Shown piece by piece: positions 33,720 to 34,893 of a stretch of DNA of 34,893 nucleotides. Source of the stretch: Verrucomicrobiota bacterium. Its GTDB lineage: Bacteria > Verrucomicrobiota > Verrucomicrobiia > Limisphaerales > CANJSG01. Both the position numbers and the translations under genes were made by a program. How positions within the stretch are numbered: the stretch's first letter is position 1; every line of letters begins with the position of its first letter. The DNA lies in assembly GCA_038209745.1 (NCBI GenBank), contig JBBQXJ010000051.1:1-34893 (forward strand), given 5' to 3'. The notes under the pieces were generated by a model. The model was not told the DNA's origin. It saw only the letters and a list, made by a program, of their open reading frames with translations, and did not search any database.

Positions 33720-34694
33720 TCACATCACGCGATCCACCAGCGCCTCTCCCCGGGTGAAGCGCTGGAGATTGGCGAGGAAATGCCGGACCAGGGTCTTGGC
33801 TTCGCCTTTGTGCCCGCCGGCGGTGTGCGGGGTGATGAAGCAGTTCGGCTCGGCCCAAAGCGAATGGGGGTCGGGCAACGGTTCGGGATCGGTCACGTCC
33901 AGCCAGGCGGCGCCGAGATGGCCGGAGTGGAGCGCTGCGGCGAGGGCTTCCTGATCGACGGTGGCGCCGCGGCCGATGTTGTAGAAGGCGGCTCCGCGCT
34001 TCATGCCGGCAAAGCGGGCGCGGTCGAAGAAGCGGCGGGTTTCGGGGCTCTCGGGGAGGATGTTCACCACATGGTCCGCTTCGGCCAAGGCGGCGGGCAG
34101 GTCGGTTTCGGTCACCACGGGCAGACCTTCGTCACCCCGGGCTTTGCGGCGATGGGCGACGAGTTTGGCGCCGAACGGCTGGAGCTGTGCCGCGAGACGG
34201 CGGCCGATGGAGCCGTAGCCGAGGATCAGGATGGTTTCGCCCCGGAGCGTTCCGCTGGCCTCGCGCAACGCCTCCCAGGGCCCGCTCCCGTGGGCGGCGC
34301 GGGTGCGCAGTCCGACCGGCAGCTGTCGGGTCTGGGCGAGGATGAAGGACAGGACATGGACGGCGCAGGGTTCATCGAAGACGCCGGAGCTGTTCGACAC
34401 CGCGATGCCGCGTTTCGCCACGAGCGCGCGGAATTCCGGCGTGTCGTAGCGGGTGATGCCGGCGGAAGCGACCTGCACCCACTGGAGCTTCGTGGTCTCC
34501 GCGATTGACCGGGTGTCGGGCTGGCCGAAAGCCACGTCGGCCGAGTCGAACTGCGGATCGCGCTCGGCGGTGGCGAGGACCGAGGTCGCTGGCTTGGCGG
34601 GAAAGACCAACTCGTGGCCGGCGGTGCCGGAGCGCAGCAACTCCATGGCGCTGGGTGGCAGCGCGAGATCGACATAGATGCGGAGCGAATCCAT
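33720..34694 (-). CDS. D-2-hydroxyacid dehydrogenase
   Basis: GYGSIG Rossmann motif, LP...ET, NIGRG..VD, LDVTDPEPLP, ITPHTAGG. Confidence 0.93.
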   Translation of the reverse strand: MDSLRIYVDLALPPSAMELLRSGTAGHELVFPAKPATSVLATAERDPQFDSADVAFGQPDTRSIAETTKLQWVQVASAGITRYDTPEFRALVAKRGIAVSNSSGVFDEPCAVHVLSFILAQTRQLPVGLRTRAAHGSGPWEALREASGTLRGETILILGYGSIGRRLAAQLQPFGAKLVAHRRKARGDEGLPVVTETDLPAALAEADHVVNILPESPETRRFFDRARFAGMKRGAAFYNIGRGATVDQEALAAALHSGHLGAAWLDVTDPEPLPDPHSLWAEPNCFITPHTAGGHKGEAKTLVRHFLANLQRFTRGEALVDRVM

Positions 34695-34792
34695 GGCGCG
34701 AAGGATTGGTCAAGGTTGGGTCGGGCTTCCAGTCTGTCTTCGAAGTGCGGTGCCGAACTTCCAGGGGCAAGGCGGTGAAAGCGGCGAAGCTT

Positions 34793-34886
34793 TTGGACTG
34801 CGGCGCTGCTGCACCGCTTTGGGGAGGACGGGCGTTGAGCAGGGCGGGCGGCTCTCCAAAAGCTCCGGAGCACCGGCGCAGTCCAA
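34793..34886. repeat. REP-like inverted doublet
   Basis: TTGGACTGCG (34793-34802) / CGCAGTCCAA (34877-34886) perfect inverted ends, each arm with a short internal hairpin. Confidence 0.7.
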
Positions 34887-34893
34887 GACGTTG

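Overview
High-GC (about two-thirds G+C by eye) bacterial chromosomal window. Gene content suggests a Verrucomicrobiota/PVC organism (PVC-type CxxCH propeller protein, DUF3500, DUF1080, ECF sigma with membrane extension); this is an inference. It is mostly housekeeping and metabolism: a TIM-barrel sugar isomerase, a MacB/LolD-type ABC operon interrupted by a serine hydrolase and a decayed four-helix-bundle gene, an RlmD-like methyltransferase, ymdB-xseA, ilvA, a CE15 esterase, aroC, a VIT1 transporter, and a co-oriented cluster of D-2-hydroxyacid dehydrogenase, HAD, larB, larC, DUF192 and nadE. No rRNA, tRNA, CRISPR array, integrase or intact transposase was seen. The most notable non-obvious signals are: (i) at least eight REP-like palindromic elements of different sequence families, two of them translated inside proteins (NadE linker, serine hydrolase N-terminus); (ii) a 7-bp tandem repeat at the LarC1/LarC2 domain junction; (iii) a 924-aa ECF sigma factor fused to a polytopic membrane region and a prenyltransferase-like repeat domain; (iv) a destroyed MmeI-like restriction-modification gene fused to an ISL3 end; (v) a duplicated VIT1 5' end next to a low-GC orphan; (vi) a recurring leaderless promoter architecture. 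No complete novel multi-gene system can be demonstrated from the sequence alone; the larBC-DUF192-nadE cluster and the ECF fusion are the best candidates.
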